Below are positions 61,757-64,000 of a stretch of 64,000 bases of DNA, in pieces. Every line of letters begins with the position of its first letter. The first letter of the stretch is position 1. Both the position numbers and the translations under genes were made by a program. The notes beneath the pieces are model-generated. The model saw only the letters and a list, made by a program, of their open reading frames with translations. It had not been told where the DNA came from and did no database searches. Origin of the DNA: Mobula hypostoma (Eukaryota); contig NC_086097.1 in NCBI RefSeq assembly GCF_963921235.1, positions 160,086,001-160,150,000 on the forward strand. The letters are read 5' to 3'.

Positions 61757-62830
61757 AGACCATAAGACATTGGAGCTAAATTAGGCCATTCGGCCCTTTT
61801 AGTCTGCTCCACCATTCCATCATGACTGATTTATTATCCCTCTCAACCCCATTCTCCTGCCTTCTTCTTGTCACAGCTGATGTTCTGATTAATCAATAAC
61901 CTATCAACCTCTGCTTTAAATATACCCAAAGACTTAGCTAGATTAGCTGTCTGTGGTAATGAATTCCACAGATTCACCACCCTTGGGCTAAAGAAATTTT
62001 TCCTTATCTCCGTTGTAAATGGATGTGCCAATATTCTGAGACTGTGCTCTCTGGTCCTCGACTCCCCCAGTATAGGACACATCCTCTCCACATCCACTTT
62101 ACCCAGATCTTTCAATGTGTGGTAGGTCTCAGTGAGAATGCCCTTCCACCTTCCTTCTAAACTCCAGTGAGTACAGGTCCAGAGCTATCAAGTTCTCCTC
62201 ATATGTTAACTTTTTCATTACTGGGATCATTCTTGTGAACTTCGTCTGGACCCTCTCCAATGCCACGTTTCTTTTCTGATGTAAGGGGCCCAAAACTGCT
62301 CACAGTACTCCGAGTGCAGTCTAAGCAATGCTTTATCGAGCCTCAGCATTACATCCTTGCTTTTGTGTTCTAGTCCTCTCGAGATAAATACTTACATTGT
62401 ATTTGCTTTCCTTACCACTGACTCAACTTGCAAGTTAACCTTTAGGGAACTCAGCACAAGGACTTCCAAGTCCCTCTGCACCTCTGATTATTGAATCTTC
62501 TCTCCTTTTAGAAAATTGTCCCCATTTTCATTCCTTTTGCCGAAGTGCATGACCATACACTTACCTATATTATATTCCATCTGCCACTTCTTTGCCCAAT
62601 CTCCCAATCTGTGTAAGTCCTGCTGCAGACACCCTGCTACCTGCCCCTCCAACTATCTTTGTATCATTCGCAAACTTAGCCACAAAGCCATCAATTCCTT
62701 CATTCAGATCATTGACGTACAATGTAAAAAGAAGTGGACACAATGCCAACCCCTGGGGTTCACCACTAGTCACCGGCAACCAACAAGAAAAGTTCCCCTC
62801 TACCCCCACTCTTTGCCTTCTGCCAGTCCG
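61757..62830 (-). mobile_element. CR1 3' half
   Basis: PQGLALCPLLFTLYVNDL, FANDTKIVG and RVVNLWNSLP. Confidence 0.9.
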
Positions 62831-62837
62831 CCAGCCT

Positions 62838-63725
62838 TCTATGATGACAAAACAGTGGTTGGTCTCATCAATAACAACGAGGAGACAATGTACAGAGAGG
62901 AGGCAGAGCAGCTGATAGAATGGTGTGAGCACAGCAACTTGAGTCTCAATGTGGACAAGACCGAAGAAACGATTGCGGTCTTCAGGAAGAGCAGGCTGAC
63001 CACCCCTCACTGTACATACATGGTTCATATGTGGAGAGAGTCAGGAGTACCAAGTTTCTGGGAATGCATGTACCAGACAATCTCACCTGATCCCTTAGCA
63101 CCACCTCGTTGGTCAGCTCCTGAGGAGTTTGAGGTGAATGAGGTTCCCTGCGCTCCCCCCCGCCCCCCATTCTAACCAATTTTTATTGGACCATCATCAA
63201 GAGTGTCCTGAACAGCTGTATCACTATCTGGTACAGGAAGTATAAGATACCTGACCACAAGTCCCAAGAAGGATTGCAAGGACTGTTGAAAGGATCATTA
63301 TGGTCTCTCTTCCATCCTTCAGAAATATTCATCAAGAGCACTGTGTACACAGCTCCCTTAGTATTGTAAATGATCCCCCCCATCCATTCAACAATCTGCT
63401 TGACTCCCTATCATCAGGCAGGAGGTACTGTAGCATTAGGACAAGAAGAGTTAACAGTTTCTTCCTCCAGGCCAAGAGACAACTGAACTCTCTGCCACCA
63501 CCCAGGTCTCATCACCACAAAGTGCCAGTAGTGTAGCACTGTTTACTTTTTAACTTGTGTCACAAATGCACCTTATCATTTGTTAATTTACTAGTGGTAA
63601 TATTACTTCATGTGTTATGTGTGTGAGTTATATGTACTGTGTTGTGCACCTTCGTCCAATGGAACATCATTTCATTCGGTGGTACACATGTATTGAATGA
63701 CAATTAACTGAACTTGAACTGGAAC
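62838..63725 (+). mobile_element. Rex1/Babar 3' fragment
   Basis: DDKTVVGLI...LSLNVDKTEE and IVNDPPHP...SGRRYCSI; (gaactt)n tail. Confidence 0.85.
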
Positions 63726-63975
63726 TCACTGAGTTTAAAATGAGTGTCAAAGCAAGAACACAATGAGCTTATGAGGAGAGTGGGAACAGGGCCCTGATGA
63801 GTTAAAAAGATGTATGGGATTGTAGTTTTGGTGAGTCTTTAAGTGTAGCAATTGGGTCCCAGAGAACTTAAAGGGAGCATATGGAAGTGTCCTTAGTGAG
63901 TTGAATTGAAGTATGGGAATGGGGCCCCAATGAGTTTATAAAGAGCAGAGATATCATCAGTAGTGAGCTAAATAC
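63726..63975. repeat. Degenerate minisatellite, period about 34 bp
   Basis: TGAG cores at 63730, 63764, 63798, 63832, 63897, 63931 and 63964. Confidence 0.65.
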
Positions 63976-64000
63976 TGAATCTGTGGGATTTCCAAACAAT

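Noticed and set aside
63726..63975. CRISPR-like array, or a hammerhead at ctgatga 63794
   Set aside because: Eukaryotic context, no identical repeats, no cas genes; no stem II or GAAA follows the CTGATGA

Overview
Eukaryotic, repeat-dominated, apparently intergenic or intronic DNA. The repeat mix (CR1, Rex1/Babar, V-/CORE-type SINEs, Penelope-like elements, an L1) points to a cartilaginous fish, probably a ray; this is inference from repeat content. No host protein-coding gene is recognisable. Main contents: (1) a full-length 5.9 kb L1 with a perfect 16-bp target-site duplication (TSD), intact ORF1 and an ORF2 broken by one frameshift (26885-32790); (2) many Penelope-like element (PLE) derivatives whose terminal repeats carry minimal type I hammerhead ribozyme motifs. 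These include two internally deleted repeat-ORFstart-repeat mini-elements, a 2.4 kb TSD-flanked palindrome and several ~180-bp palindromic minis with a recurrent long-arm/short-arm asymmetry; (3) solo LTRs, a Gypsy gag fragment and two copies of a non-autonomous LTR element with a Lys/Glu-rich internal block; (4) many decayed CR1 and Rex1 fragments; (5) TE-free islands that may be conserved non-coding elements. The hammerhead/PLE mini-element system is the most interesting signal. PLE hammerheads as such are already known; what may be new is the structural regularity of the derivatives seen here. Boundaries of decayed repeats are approximate.
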